DNA from: Thermoplasmata archaeon
GTDB taxonomy: Archaea; Thermoplasmatota; Thermoplasmata; Lutacidiplasmatales; UBA184
Assembly (NCBI GenBank): GCA_022750335.1
Contig: JAKIVX010000004.1
Location: forward strand, 5,162 to 69,161
Reading direction: 5' to 3'
Length of the DNA: 64,000 bases
Notes under the pieces: model-generated
What the model saw: only the letters and a program-made list of their open reading frames with translations
Database searches by the model: none
Told to the model about the DNA's origin: nothing
In this document: positions 1-8,487 of the stretch, piece after piece
Layout of the letters: each line of letters starts with the position of its first letter
Position numbering within the stretch: the first letter of the stretch is position 1
Translations under genes and position numbers: made by a program

Positions 1-757
1 TTCCCGACGAGGCGTAGATGATGCTGCGGGACGCGTTCACCAACAGGGCGCGGCCGTCGGCATCGACCCCCTCGCGAACGGCCGTGGCGAGCGATCCGCC
101 CTGCGCTCCGATGCCCGGGACCAGCAGGGGAACCTTGTTCCCGAGGGTCGAACGGGCCAGTCGGAACGCGTCGGAGAACGTGGCCCCGAGCACCGCTCCG
201 AAGTTCCCGTGCGCGTTCGAGAGCCGACGGACCTCGGCGATGATCGCGAGCCAGAGAGGGCCGCGGGGTGTCGGGATCTCCTGAAAGTCGACGGACCCTG
301 GATTGGACGAATGGGCCACCACGAACACACCGTGACGCGAGTCCGCATGGAACGGCTCGAGGGTTTCCCAGCCGAGCCAGGGCGTCACGGTGACCGCGTC
401 GAACCCCATCTCGTCGAAGGCGGCATCACGGTAGAACCGCATGATGTTCGGGATGTCGTTCGCCTTGAGGTCTAGGATCCGGAGGTGAGTGTTCCCGATA
501 TCCCGCGTCGCCCGGGAGAGGGCGCGGATCCCGGCCTCACCGTACGGCAGGTAGGTTGCGAGCTGCATCTTGTACGCGGCCGCGTGCGGCCGGGTCGCCG
601 CGATCGTCCCATCCAAGAAGCGGTCCAAGCGGCGTCCGGCCGGGAGCGAGCGAATCGGTTTGGGTAGGAGCGCCGGGTCGGGGTCGAGGCCGACGCACAC
701 GAGCGAGTCGCGCAACCTCAGGATCCGGTCCACCCGGTCGATGAATCGCTGCGGCAC
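1..757 (-). CDS. pyrF: orotidine 5'-phosphate decarboxylase, type 2 (C-terminal end runs off the window)
   Basis: Absent from the ORF track because no stop lies in the window. Hand translation of the minus strand gives RFIDRVDRILRLRDSLVCVGLDPD, AAYKMQLATYLPYG, LDLKANDIPNIM, VTVTPWLGWE and LLVPGIGAQGG, the type-2 OMP decarboxylase blocks. Start set at GTG 757, with an alternative in-frame GTG at 823. Confidence 0.8.
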   Translation of the reverse strand, partial: MPQRFIDRVDRILRLRDSLVCVGLDPDPALLPKPIRSLPAGRRLDRFLDGTIAATRPHAAAYKMQLATYLPYGEAGIRALSRATRDIGNTHLRILDLKANDIPNIMRFYRDAAFDEMGFDAVTVTPWLGWETLEPFHADSRHGVFVVAHSSNPGSVDFQEIPTPRGPLWLAIIAEVRRLSNAHGNFGAVLGATFSDAFRLARSTLGNKVPLLVPGIGAQGGSLATAVREGVDADGRALLVNASRSIIYASSG

Positions 758-837
758 TGGGTCCCCCAGCGGGTTCGGAGGAAAAGGGTTTCCCGGACCG
801 GGGTCGCCCGACCCCTCACCCACCGGTTCGGTCCCGA

Positions 838-848
838 CCTTTTTATCG
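838..848. promoter_or_regulatory. TATA-like element shared by divergent pyrF and rpa
   Basis: The only AT-rich run (cctttttatcgg) in the 36-100 nt divergent spacer. Confidence 0.3.
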
Positions 849-858
849 GCGGGGCGGC

Positions 859-2049
859 TTGCTCGCGTTTCGGAGACCCGTGACCGAGCCCTCCCCCCCC
901 GAGACACCGCGGGAAGTACGTCTCCGCGACCTTCGACCGGGCACGGGGCCGGTAGAATTCGTCGCCCGGGTGGTCACCTGCGAACGACGTGAGGTGAGCC
1001 GCAAGTCGGACGGGAGTCGTCGTCCTCTCCTGTCCGGCCTGCTCAGCGACGGGACCGCTACCGTGCGATTCACCTGGTGGGACCCTCCGAAGGAGGGCGT
1101 GGAACGCGGGATCGTCCTACGGGCGATCGGGCCTGAGGTCGGAGAGTACCGAGGCCGGACCGAGGTCACTTTCAGCTGGAAAAGCCGGGTCGGACCCGCC
1201 AGCGAGGTCGAGCTGCCCACCGTAGATCCCTCCGAGGTGCCGGAGTTGAAGGTCCGCGACCTTCGTCCACCGGCGGAAGGGTTCCGGGTCTCGGTGCGGG
1301 TGGCGCGCATCACCGAACGGTCGGTCTCCGTGGGCGAGGAACGGAGGGTGGTGTTCGACGGATTGGTCGCCGACGAGACGGGGGCCATCACGCTCTCCGC
1401 ATGGACGGACTTCAACCTTCGTTCCGGGGAAACCGTCGAGATCACCGGAGGATACCTCCGAGCCTTTCGAGGCGTGACCCAACTGGTCTTGGATGAGCGC
1501 GCGTCGGTCCGCCGGATCGATCGCCCGGAACTGCCCGAGGCCCGATCGATCCTCAACTCCCCGCCCGTCTCCATGGCCCGGCTGGACGAAGGGGGAGGCG
1601 CCGCATCCGCTTCGGTCGAGGGTTTGGTGGTCGGCCTCCTGCCACCGAGCGGTCTCGTGTACCGCTGCCCCGACTGCAGGCGCACCGTCCAGGACGGGCG
1701 CTGCCGGATCCACGGCCCGGTCGACGGCGTCGCTGACCTCCGCGCCCGGATCGTCCTGGACGATGGGACCGGGGCCGTGACGGTCAACGCCGGTCGCGCG
1801 GATACGGAGCGGCTCGGGGGGATCACCCTCGCCGGCGTGCTGGCCCAGCTCCAGGTGGGTTCGGACCCCGCGCGGACCGAGGAGGAGCTCCTCGAGACCC
1901 TCTTTGGTCGGAGGCTCAGGGTCCGGGGACCGGCGTCGCGCGATGATTTTGGGGTGACGATCGTTCCGGAGTCGATCGAGCCGGTCGACATCGACCTCGA
2001 GGCGACGGGGGAGGAGCTGGCCGCCCGGATCGGGGGCGGAGGTTCGTGA
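859..2049 (+). CDS. rpa: replication protein A, large OB-fold subunit with zinc finger
   Basis: 396 aa ORF with repeated OB-fold-like segments (VEFVARVV.., FRVSVRVARITERSV..) and a CPDCRRTVQDGRCRIHG zinc knuckle. Its stop overlaps the start of the partner gene. The start (TTG 859 or GTG 880) is uncertain. Confidence 0.75.
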   Translation: MLAFRRPVTEPSPPETPREVRLRDLRPGTGPVEFVARVVTCERREVSRKSDGSRRPLLSGLLSDGTATVRFTWWDPPKEGVERGIVLRAIGPEVGEYRGRTEVTFSWKSRVGPASEVELPTVDPSEVPELKVRDLRPPAEGFRVSVRVARITERSVSVGEERRVVFDGLVADETGAITLSAWTDFNLRSGETVEITGGYLRAFRGVTQLVLDERASVRRIDRPELPEARSILNSPPVSMARLDEGGGAASASVEGLVVGLLPPSGLVYRCPDCRRTVQDGRCRIHGPVDGVADLRARIVLDDGTGAVTVNAGRADTERLGGITLAGVLAQLQVGSDPARTEEELLETLFGRRLRVRGPASRDDFGVTIVPESIEPVDIDLEATGEELAARIGGGGS

Positions 2050-2960
2050 CGGTCCGCGAACCCGCCTGGCGCGTGTTCGCCCGAGAGGTCGAGAGTTCGC
2101 TCGAGGGAGAACGCGGGGTCGGCGAGCGGGCGGCCTCCTACGTCCTCTCGCCTTTCGGGGCGCGCATGAATCGGGTCCTGCTCGCCGGTTCGATCACGTC
2201 GGCCGAACCCGTGGGTCGGGAGGAGTCCCAGTCGTTCTGGCGAGCACGGCTCTCGGACCCCACGGGCGCCGTGGCGGTCACCGCGGGAAGCTTTCAACCG
2301 CGTGCGATGGCGCAGCTCCGCGCGTCCAACTCGGCACGGACCGTGCTCGTCGTGGGCAAGGTGAATCTCTTCATCGGCCGGGATGGAACGGCCCACCATT
2401 CCGTGCGCGCTGAGTCGCTCCGAGCCGTCGGAGAGAATGAGGAGCGGGCCACCTTCTCGGACGCCTTGCGTCAAACTCTCGACCGGCTCGACCTCATCGA
2501 CCGTCTCACTCACGTGCCGAGCCTCGCCACCGAGACCCTCGCCGACGAGGGCGTACCCGGGATCTGGATCGCAGGGGCTCGCGAATCCCTCCGTCGGTAC
2601 CCGAACGCCGACCGGGCCCAGTTCCGGCGGGAACTCCGCTCCGTGGCGCGACGGATCACCGGTCTGGCGTTGTCCGACGACGTGGCGCCACCGCCTGCCA
2701 CGGTGCAGATCCGGCGGGACCCTACCCCACCCTCCCGGGTTCCACCCAGTGCCGGCGAGCGGGCCGAGGAGTCGCTCCTCCTCGAACACCTCGATCAGGT
2801 CGCCGAAGCTTCCTTGGACGCCTACGCGGATCGTCGGGAGCTTCTGGCGCGGGTCGGATCGCGAGGCCTGGGTGCTGACCGCGCGGAGGAGGTCCTGACA
2901 CGGCTCGAGGACGACGGCGTCATCGAGGAGCCGATCGTCGGAAAGCTGCGCCGGGCCTAA
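2046..2960 (+). CDS. RPA-associated OB-fold protein (RPA32/COG3390-like partner)
   Basis: 304 aa ORF with a 4-nt overlap onto rpa. It has an N-terminal OB-like region (NRVLLAGSITSAEPVG..VLVVGKVNLF) and a C-terminal winged-helix-like tail. The assignment rests partly on synteny with euryarchaeal rpa-rpap pairs. Confidence 0.6.
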   Translation: MTVREPAWRVFAREVESSLEGERGVGERAASYVLSPFGARMNRVLLAGSITSAEPVGREESQSFWRARLSDPTGAVAVTAGSFQPRAMAQLRASNSARTVLVVGKVNLFIGRDGTAHHSVRAESLRAVGENEERATFSDALRQTLDRLDLIDRLTHVPSLATETLADEGVPGIWIAGARESLRRYPNADRAQFRRELRSVARRITGLALSDDVAPPPATVQIRRDPTPPSRVPPSAGERAEESLLLEHLDQVAEASLDAYADRRELLARVGSRGLGADRAEEVLTRLEDDGVIEEPIVGKLRRA

Positions 2961-3028
2961 CGACACCCGACGGGGGGCCGGAACGGGCGGGAGGACCCGG
3001 GAAGGGCTCGCCCCGGCCCCTCGGGAGG

Positions 3029-3037
3029 ATTTATATC
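3029..3037 (+). promoter_or_regulatory. TATA box candidate upstream of the FKBP gene
   Basis: tttatatc lies about 100 nt upstream of ATG 3140, which would imply a long 5' UTR. Confidence 0.3.
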
Positions 3038-3139
3038 GGGCACGGACTCGAGGCGCGGGGGAATGAGGACCACCTGTCTCTCCGATCCGTGACGAGAACT
3101 GCGACGAACTGACCCCCCTCCTTTCGAACCTCAGCAATC

Positions 3140-4069
3140 ATGGCCGAACCGGGACCCTCGCGTCTACTGATACTCATTCTCGTCGTCATAGCCCTTGTCG
3201 GGGCCGGCGTCGGCGCCTGGGGCGTGCACTACTACCTCGAGCCTAAGGGCGCGCCCTCGATCCTCACGGTACAGCTGGGCGACAACGCTACGGTGAATTA
3301 CATCGGGAGCTTCGGGAGCGGGGCGGAACTGGGCCGGACCTTCGACACGTCGATCTTCAGCGTCTATCAGAACAACGTCACCTATCCAAAATCCCTCGAG
3401 TTCGGGCTGAGCCATAGCGGGGACCCGGCAAACTATACGCCCCTCCCCACCCACATAGGAGGTTCCGGACAGTACACGATCGGGAACCTGACGTTCGGCA
3501 CCACCGTCACCGGATTCTGGCAAGGGCTCATCGGAATGACCGGCAACTCCACGCGGTACATCGTCATCCCCTCCGACCTGGGCTATGGACCGCTGAACCC
3601 GACCTGCACCCAGACCCAGCCGCTCGCCTTCGAGGTACCGGTCTACGCCTCGATGACGCCGTCGGAGTTCTCGGCTACCTATCCCGGAGTGGACCCCTTG
3701 ATCGGCACGACGTTCAACGACCCGGTGTATGGTTGGTCCGACCTGGTCCTCAACGTGAACACCACGGCGATCGTCGTGGATCACCTGCCGACGCTCGGGC
3801 AAACCACCTTGTCGGGCGGGTGGAACATCACGGTCACCGCCATCTCGACGTCCCAGATCTCGGTCCTCAACCTCCTCACACCCAGCAACTACGGGCGGGT
3901 CCTGGGGACGTTCGCGACGTCCCAGACGTGCAACGGCCAACCTCAGGCGCACTTCCTCGTCTCGGGAGTGAACCTGGCCCAGGGGACCTATACGACCAAC
4001 TGGAACAGCGAGGTCACGGGCCAGACCCTCGTGTTCCGGGTCACCATCGTCGACGTCTTCAAGGGTTGA
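3140..4069 (+). CDS. membrane-anchored FKBP-type peptidyl-prolyl isomerase-like protein, probably extracellular
   Basis: N-terminal TM helix (LLILILVVIALVGAGVGAW). The FKBP blocks VQLGDNATVNYIGSF..GRTFDTS and GFWQGLIGMTGNSTRYIVIPSDLGYG are separated by an insert. I count seven N-x-S/T sequons. Confidence 0.65.
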   Translation: MAEPGPSRLLILILVVIALVGAGVGAWGVHYYLEPKGAPSILTVQLGDNATVNYIGSFGSGAELGRTFDTSIFSVYQNNVTYPKSLEFGLSHSGDPANYTPLPTHIGGSGQYTIGNLTFGTTVTGFWQGLIGMTGNSTRYIVIPSDLGYGPLNPTCTQTQPLAFEVPVYASMTPSEFSATYPGVDPLIGTTFNDPVYGWSDLVLNVNTTAIVVDHLPTLGQTTLSGGWNITVTAISTSQISVLNLLTPSNYGRVLGTFATSQTCNGQPQAHFLVSGVNLAQGTYTTNWNSEVTGQTLVFRVTIVDVFKG

Positions 4070-4104
4070 GCTTCCCCCGGACCGGACCCGTCCGGGCGGG
4101 CCGT

Positions 4105-5007
4105 TTACCCGCCGAGGGTGATCTTTCCGCGCTTCAGCAGTTCCTGCAGTTGGGCGTCGGCCAAGTTGGACACGACCTCGTCGTTCGTCCGACCGCGCGG
4201 GCGCGTGTAGGCTCGCAGCGTTCGTTGGGCTTCCTCGCGGCGCGCCCGGCTCTCGCCGTAGATCCGGCGGGCCTCCTGGTCGAGGGTGGCCATCTCCCGG
4301 CTCAACCCGTCGGCCTTCTCCATCAGCTCCGCCCGCGCCTTGCCCTTCGCCCGCATCTCGGCGACCAAGCTGCCCGCGGATTCGAGCTTGGTCCGGATCG
4401 AGGCCATCATCGCGTCGCGGTCGGCCTTCGCCTGGGCGAACTCGGCCCCGAGGCGGTCGACCTCGGCCCGGCAGGCCCGGATCCGGGTTTCCGCCTCCTT
4501 GCGCTCGGCCTCGTGCTTGGCGACCACCGCCGTCCGGGACTCCGCCGTCTTGAGCTCCCGGGTGCGCTCGCGGATCCGGTCGACGAGCGCGTTCTCCTCT
4601 TCCAGGGGGAGGGCCGAGGTCTGCTGCTTGTGCTCGAGGTCGGCGATCTCGCGCTTCAACTGGTCCGGGCGGACCCGTTCGGTGGGGGGGATCGTGAGGC
4701 GGAGCTCGCGCAGCGCGACGACCGCGGCGTCCAGATGGCGGCGGGCCTTCTCGCGGGCCGTTCGGAGCTCCATGAGCTTCTTCCCGAGGGACCCATGGTC
4801 GTCGTAGATCCGTTCGACCTCCTGCTGGGGCGCCTGACGCCGGTCGTAGAGCGACTTCTGTTCCGAGGAGAGGCGTCGGATCTCCTCGACGAGGGTACCC
4901 CGACGGGTTTCGAGGGACCGGAACTTGCGCTCCATCTCCTGGAGGAGATCCCGGTCGTCCCGGTCCTTCTGTTCCTCCTCTTCCGAGAGGACGACCCGGG
5001 GGGCCAT
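4105..5007 (-). CDS. archaeal coiled-coil protein (COG1340-like)
   Basis: I use the C-terminal 300 aa of the 570-aa track ORF, starting at MAPRVVLSEEEEQKD (ATG 5007). The composition is heptad-rich, charged and E/R/K/L/A-biased. The upstream part of the ORF is Arg/Pro junk antisense to other signal. Confidence 0.6.
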   Translation of the reverse strand: MAPRVVLSEEEEQKDRDDRDLLQEMERKFRSLETRRGTLVEEIRRLSSEQKSLYDRRQAPQQEVERIYDDHGSLGKKLMELRTAREKARRHLDAAVVALRELRLTIPPTERVRPDQLKREIADLEHKQQTSALPLEEENALVDRIRERTRELKTAESRTAVVAKHEAERKEAETRIRACRAEVDRLGAEFAQAKADRDAMMASIRTKLESAGSLVAEMRAKGKARAELMEKADGLSREMATLDQEARRIYGESRARREEAQRTLRAYTRPRGRTNDEVVSNLADAQLQELLKRGKITLGG

Positions 5008-5057
5008 GCCGGGCGAGGAACCGCAGGCCAGAAAAGCCCTTCGCGGCCCCCTCGGGG

Positions 5058-5726
5058 TCAGGGTCGACGGTCGGCCACGTACCAAAAGTGGAGGCCCTCG
5101 GGAAAGTCGGTCGCCCACCGCTCGAACCCCTGTGCGGTGAGGGCATCGATCGTCTCGGAGCGGAAGAAGCGGTAGGGGACGCTGCCCGCGCTCCGACGCC
5201 ACACGTCGGGCGTCACCTGCTCTCCGAGTCCCGCGGTGGGATCCGTCACGGACCGGACCGCGAAGAGGTGGAATCCCCCCGGGTGGAGTACCCGACGAAC
5301 CTCCCGGAATACGGCCGCTAGCTCGTCGTCCGGGAGCATCATGTAGACGGCGTGCACGTAGACGGCTTCGAGGGAGGCGGTGAGGGTCTCCTGGAGGGCG
5401 GTGAGGGCATCCGTCCTTCGGAACCGAATGGTCGGCGGGTTGTCGATCTCCTGCCGCGCGCGCTCGATGGCGGTGACGGAGTAGTCGACCGCCGTGACCT
5501 GGAATCCGGCGGCCGCGAACCCTCGGGCGTCCCGGCCCGTCCCGCATCCCAACTCCAGCACCTGCCCCCGGGCGAACTGAGAGGTCAACCGTGCGAAGGC
5601 CCAGTGGTAGAATCGGCTCGGCGGGCCGGTGAATCGGTCGGGATTCCCGCGATAGATCCCTTCGGCGCCGGCAGCCCGAGCCGGCAGCGGGGGCCACGGA
5701 GGAGGCTGTGGGACGGGGCCGGTCAT
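5058..5726 (-). CDS. class I SAM-dependent methyltransferase
   Basis: Motif I VLELGCGTGRDA plus post-I VTAVDYS. Start at MTGPVPQPPP (ATG 5726), which overlaps the larB stop as ATGA. Confidence 0.8.
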   Translation of the reverse strand: MTGPVPQPPPWPPLPARAAGAEGIYRGNPDRFTGPPSRFYHWAFARLTSQFARGQVLELGCGTGRDARGFAAAGFQVTAVDYSVTAIERARQEIDNPPTIRFRRTDALTALQETLTASLEAVYVHAVYMMLPDDELAAVFREVRRVLHPGGFHLFAVRSVTDPTAGLGEQVTPDVWRRSAGSVPYRFFRSETIDALTAQGFERWATDFPEGLHFWYVADRRP

Positions 5727-6484
5727 GGCTTCCGTGCAGGAGGGGAGGGTCCGCGGGTGCGGGGCGAAGCCCGAGCAAAGAGCTGTGCGGCGAAGAGCGC
5801 GGCAGGCACCGCGGCATCGATGTTGACGACGGCCAACGGAGCGCAGGATTGGAGCATCGCGGAGAGTGCGGCCTCTCCCCGACCGCCTCGACCGTATCCG
5901 ACCGACGTCGGCACGCCGATCACCGGCGCATGGACGAGCCCCGCGACCACGGTGGGTAGGGAACCCTCCCGACCGGCGAAGACGAGGTAGGCATCCGGGT
6001 GGGACCGCTCGAGGAGACGCAGCGCGCGGAGAAGGCGGTGAAGGCCTGCCACCCCGACGTCGAACGCGGTGACCACCTCTATCCCCAATTCGTCCAGAAC
6101 CCCACGGGCCTCCTCCGCGAGCGGCACGTCGCTGGTGCCGGCGGTCAGGAGGGCGACCGTCCCAGGGCGGTAGCGCCCTCCGAGCGGGCCCTCGAGTCGA
6201 AGGAGCCGACCGCCGGCCAGCGAGCGGAGGGGCAACCCCTTCGCGATCAAACGGTCCACGGCGCGGAGTTGGGAAGCTGTGGGTCGAGAAATGAGCGCTC
6301 CAAGCCCGGATCGGTGCAACTGCCGGACGATCGAGACCAGGTGCTCGACCGTTTTGCCTTCCCCGAGAATGACCTCGGGAACTCCCACGCGACGGGGGCG
6401 GTCCCGGTCCACCCGGGCGAACTGCCCAACCCGGAGTTCGGGCGAGCGGCGACCCCCGTTTCGTCTCGCCGGGGACGCCGTCAT
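5723..6484 (-). CDS. larB: nickel-pincer cofactor biosynthesis protein LarB (PurE-like carboxylase/hydrolase)
   Basis: ARVDRDRPRRVGVPEVILGEGKT, VALLTAGTSDVPLAEEA and VFAGREGSLPTVVAGL..PVIGVPTSVGYG match the LarB/NCAIR-mutase-related family. Start at ATG 6484. Confidence 0.75.
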   Translation of the reverse strand: MTASPARRNGGRRSPELRVGQFARVDRDRPRRVGVPEVILGEGKTVEHLVSIVRQLHRSGLGALISRPTASQLRAVDRLIAKGLPLRSLAGGRLLRLEGPLGGRYRPGTVALLTAGTSDVPLAEEARGVLDELGIEVVTAFDVGVAGLHRLLRALRLLERSHPDAYLVFAGREGSLPTVVAGLVHAPVIGVPTSVGYGRGGRGEAALSAMLQSCAPLAVVNIDAAVPAALFAAQLFARASPRTRGPSPPARKP

Positions 6485-6503
6485 GGAATCCCCCACCCAA
6501 GCC

Positions 6504-6513
6504 GTGATATAGC
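6504..6513 (+). promoter_or_regulatory. TATA box candidate (gtgatatagc) for the ACAD-etfBA unit
   Basis: Lies 33-38 nt upstream of ATG 6545. The same 10-mer recurs upstream of speB. Confidence 0.4.
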
Positions 6514-6544
6514 GGGTTCCGGTGGCACGCCCGATCCCTCCGAA

Positions 6545-7693
6545 ATGGTCGATTTCTCGTTGTCCGCGGATCAGGAAAGCCTCCGGGATCTCGCCCGGAA
6601 GTTCGCCCGGTCGGACATGGCGCCACACGCGGCCGAGTGCGACCGGACCCCCCGATTCCCCGAGGAGATCTATCGCAAGGCGTACGAGCTCGGCCTCATG
6701 AACCTCAATGTCCCCGTGGAGTTCGGGGGCAGCGGGCTCAAAGTCTTCGAGCAGTGCCTTATCGTCGAGGAACTCGCCCACGCCTGCGGCGGGATGACCA
6801 CCTCCGTCATCGCGAACTGTCTGGCCCTCGAGCCGATCCTCCTTGGCGGGTCGCCCGAGCAACAGGAGCGGTTCTTGAAGCCGTTCTGCGCCGAGTACAA
6901 TTTCGCATCTTTCGGTCTGACCGAGCCCTCGGGAGGAAGCGACGCGGGGGGCCTTCAGACCCGGGCCCGACGGGAGGGCGACCACTATGTTCTGGACGGG
7001 GAGAAGTGCTTCATCACCAACGCCCCGCACGCCTCGCTCTTCACCGTTTTCGCGACAGTCGACCCGAGTCGGCGCACGAAGGGGATCACGGCGTTCGTCG
7101 TCCCGCGGACGGCGCGTGGCGTGTCGACGGGGAAGGATGAGGAGAAGATGGGGCACCGGGCGTCCTCCACCAGCACTGTCCGATTCGACGGAGTGGAAGT
7201 GCCGGTGAACGACCGTCTCGGTGAGGAGGGCGAAGGGTTCTCGATCGCGATGCGGACGCTCGACCAGACGCGCACTCCAATCGGCGCGCTCGCGACGGGC
7301 ATCGCGCAGGCGGCCCTCGACCTCGCGGCGGCGTACTCGCTGAAGCGCCAGTCCTTCGGAAAACCGATCAGCGAGCACCAAGCCATCCAGATCAAGCTCG
7401 CCAACATGGCTCAAGCCGTGCACGCGGCGCGCCTGCTCACCTGGCAAGCGGCGTGGACGATCGACCAAGGGGGGAAAGGAACGCTCGAGTCGTCCATCGC
7501 GAAGTGCTTTGCCTCGGATTCCGCGCTCCACGTCGCCGACGAGGCCATCCAGACGTTCGGCGGGTACGGGTACATGAAGGAGTACCCGGTCGAAAAACTG
7601 CTCCGGGACGCGAAGCTCACCCAGATCTACGAGGGAGCGAACGAGATCCAGCGGACGGTCATCGCCCGCGAGTTGCTCCGACGCTACGCCTAA
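6545..7693 (+). CDS. acyl-CoA dehydrogenase
   Basis: Starts at MVDFSLSADQESLRDLARKF. Carries the ACAD blocks FGLTEPSGGSDAGG, ..GEKCFITNA.. and QTFGGYGYMKEYPVEKLLRDAKLTQIYEGANEIQR. Confidence 0.9.
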   Translation: MVDFSLSADQESLRDLARKFARSDMAPHAAECDRTPRFPEEIYRKAYELGLMNLNVPVEFGGSGLKVFEQCLIVEELAHACGGMTTSVIANCLALEPILLGGSPEQQERFLKPFCAEYNFASFGLTEPSGGSDAGGLQTRARREGDHYVLDGEKCFITNAPHASLFTVFATVDPSRRTKGITAFVVPRTARGVSTGKDEEKMGHRASSTSTVRFDGVEVPVNDRLGEEGEGFSIAMRTLDQTRTPIGALATGIAQAALDLAAAYSLKRQSFGKPISEHQAIQIKLANMAQAVHAARLLTWQAAWTIDQGGKGTLESSIAKCFASDSALHVADEAIQTFGGYGYMKEYPVEKLLRDAKLTQIYEGANEIQRTVIARELLRRYA

Positions 7694-7707
7694 CGCCGGG
7701 GGGCGGC

Positions 7708-8487
7708 GTGGAGATCGTCGTCTGCATCAAACCCGTCCCCGAGGCCGAGACCCGGCTGCGGGTCGCCCCCGATGGACGGACGCTGGATCCGGAGGGCGTG
7801 AAGTTCGTCCTGGCCGGATACGACGAGTCCGCGCTGGAACAGGCCCTGCTGCTCAAGGAGTCCCTCCCGGGCTCGAAGGTCCACGCCGTGGCGTACGGCC
7901 CGGCGCCCCGGACGGAGGAAGTCCTCCGGGCCGCGGTCGCACTCGGGGCCGACCTGGCCACCTGGGTGGAGGGCCCCCCCGGGGTGGGCGGGGATCCGGT
8001 AGCCGCCGCCCGCGCCCTCGCCGGAGCGATCGCGTCCGTTCCGCACGACCTGGTCCTCTGCGGCAAACAGGCCGGTGATGACGAGGCCGGAATCGTCCCG
8101 CCGGCGCTGGGGGAACTGCTCGCGGCCCCCGACTTCGGCTCCGTAGTCGACCTTCGGTGGGATACCTCGGCGAGCCGACTCACCTTCCTTCGGTCCACCG
8201 AGGCGGGTGGCGAGCGGTGGGAGTCGCCGACCCCTTGCGTCATCGGACTCCAGCAAGCGTGGAACGACCCCCGAACCGCCAAGTTGCCCAACATCCTCAA
8301 GTCGCGCAAGGCGACCATCACGAAGCGCCCGATGGAATCCGCGCCGCCCGGGCCCCGAAGCGAGCCCGCGAAGTTCGAGCTCCCCCCGCCCCGCACCGGG
8401 GCGCGGATGGTGGAGTTCAAGACCCCGGAAGAGGCCGCGCAGAAACTGGTACGGATCCTTCGGGAAGACGCGAAGGTGTTCCCATGA
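7708..8487 (+). CDS. etfB: electron transfer flavoprotein beta subunit
   Basis: GTG start. VEIVVCIKPVPE..LAGYDESALEQAL..LVLCGKQAGDDEAG is typical EtfB/FixA. Confidence 0.9.
   Translation: MEIVVCIKPVPEAETRLRVAPDGRTLDPEGVKFVLAGYDESALEQALLLKESLPGSKVHAVAYGPAPRTEEVLRAAVALGADLATWVEGPPGVGGDPVAAARALAGAIASVPHDLVLCGKQAGDDEAGIVPPALGELLAAPDFGSVVDLRWDTSASRLTFLRSTEAGGERWESPTPCVIGLQQAWNDPRTAKLPNILKSRKATITKRPMESAPPGPRSEPAKFELPPPRTGARMVEFKTPEEAAQKLVRILREDAKVFP

Noticed and set aside
843-3137. 764-aa minus-strand ORF antisense to the two RPA genes
   Set aside because: The composition is extreme in Arg/Pro/Ser/Gly with no recognisable domain, and it fully overlaps two plus-strand genes that have clear OB-fold and zinc-finger features. 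This is the typical stop-free antisense frame of high-GC DNA.
4076-4096. 7-bp GC hairpin (cccggac N7 gtccggg) between the convergent FKBP and coiled-coil genes as a terminator; similar hairpin after the DUF998 gene (~35840-35865)
   Set aside because: Archaeal termination depends mainly on oligo-T tracts, which are absent here. In DNA this GC-rich, short perfect hairpins arise frequently by chance.
3164-5146. 660-aa minus-strand ORF and 480-aa plus-strand ORF (3733-5175) spanning the FKBP and coiled-coil genes
   Set aside because: Low-complexity R/G/P translation, overlapping better-supported genes on the opposite or same strand. Only the 3' 300 codons of the 4105-5817 ORF look like a real coiled-coil protein.
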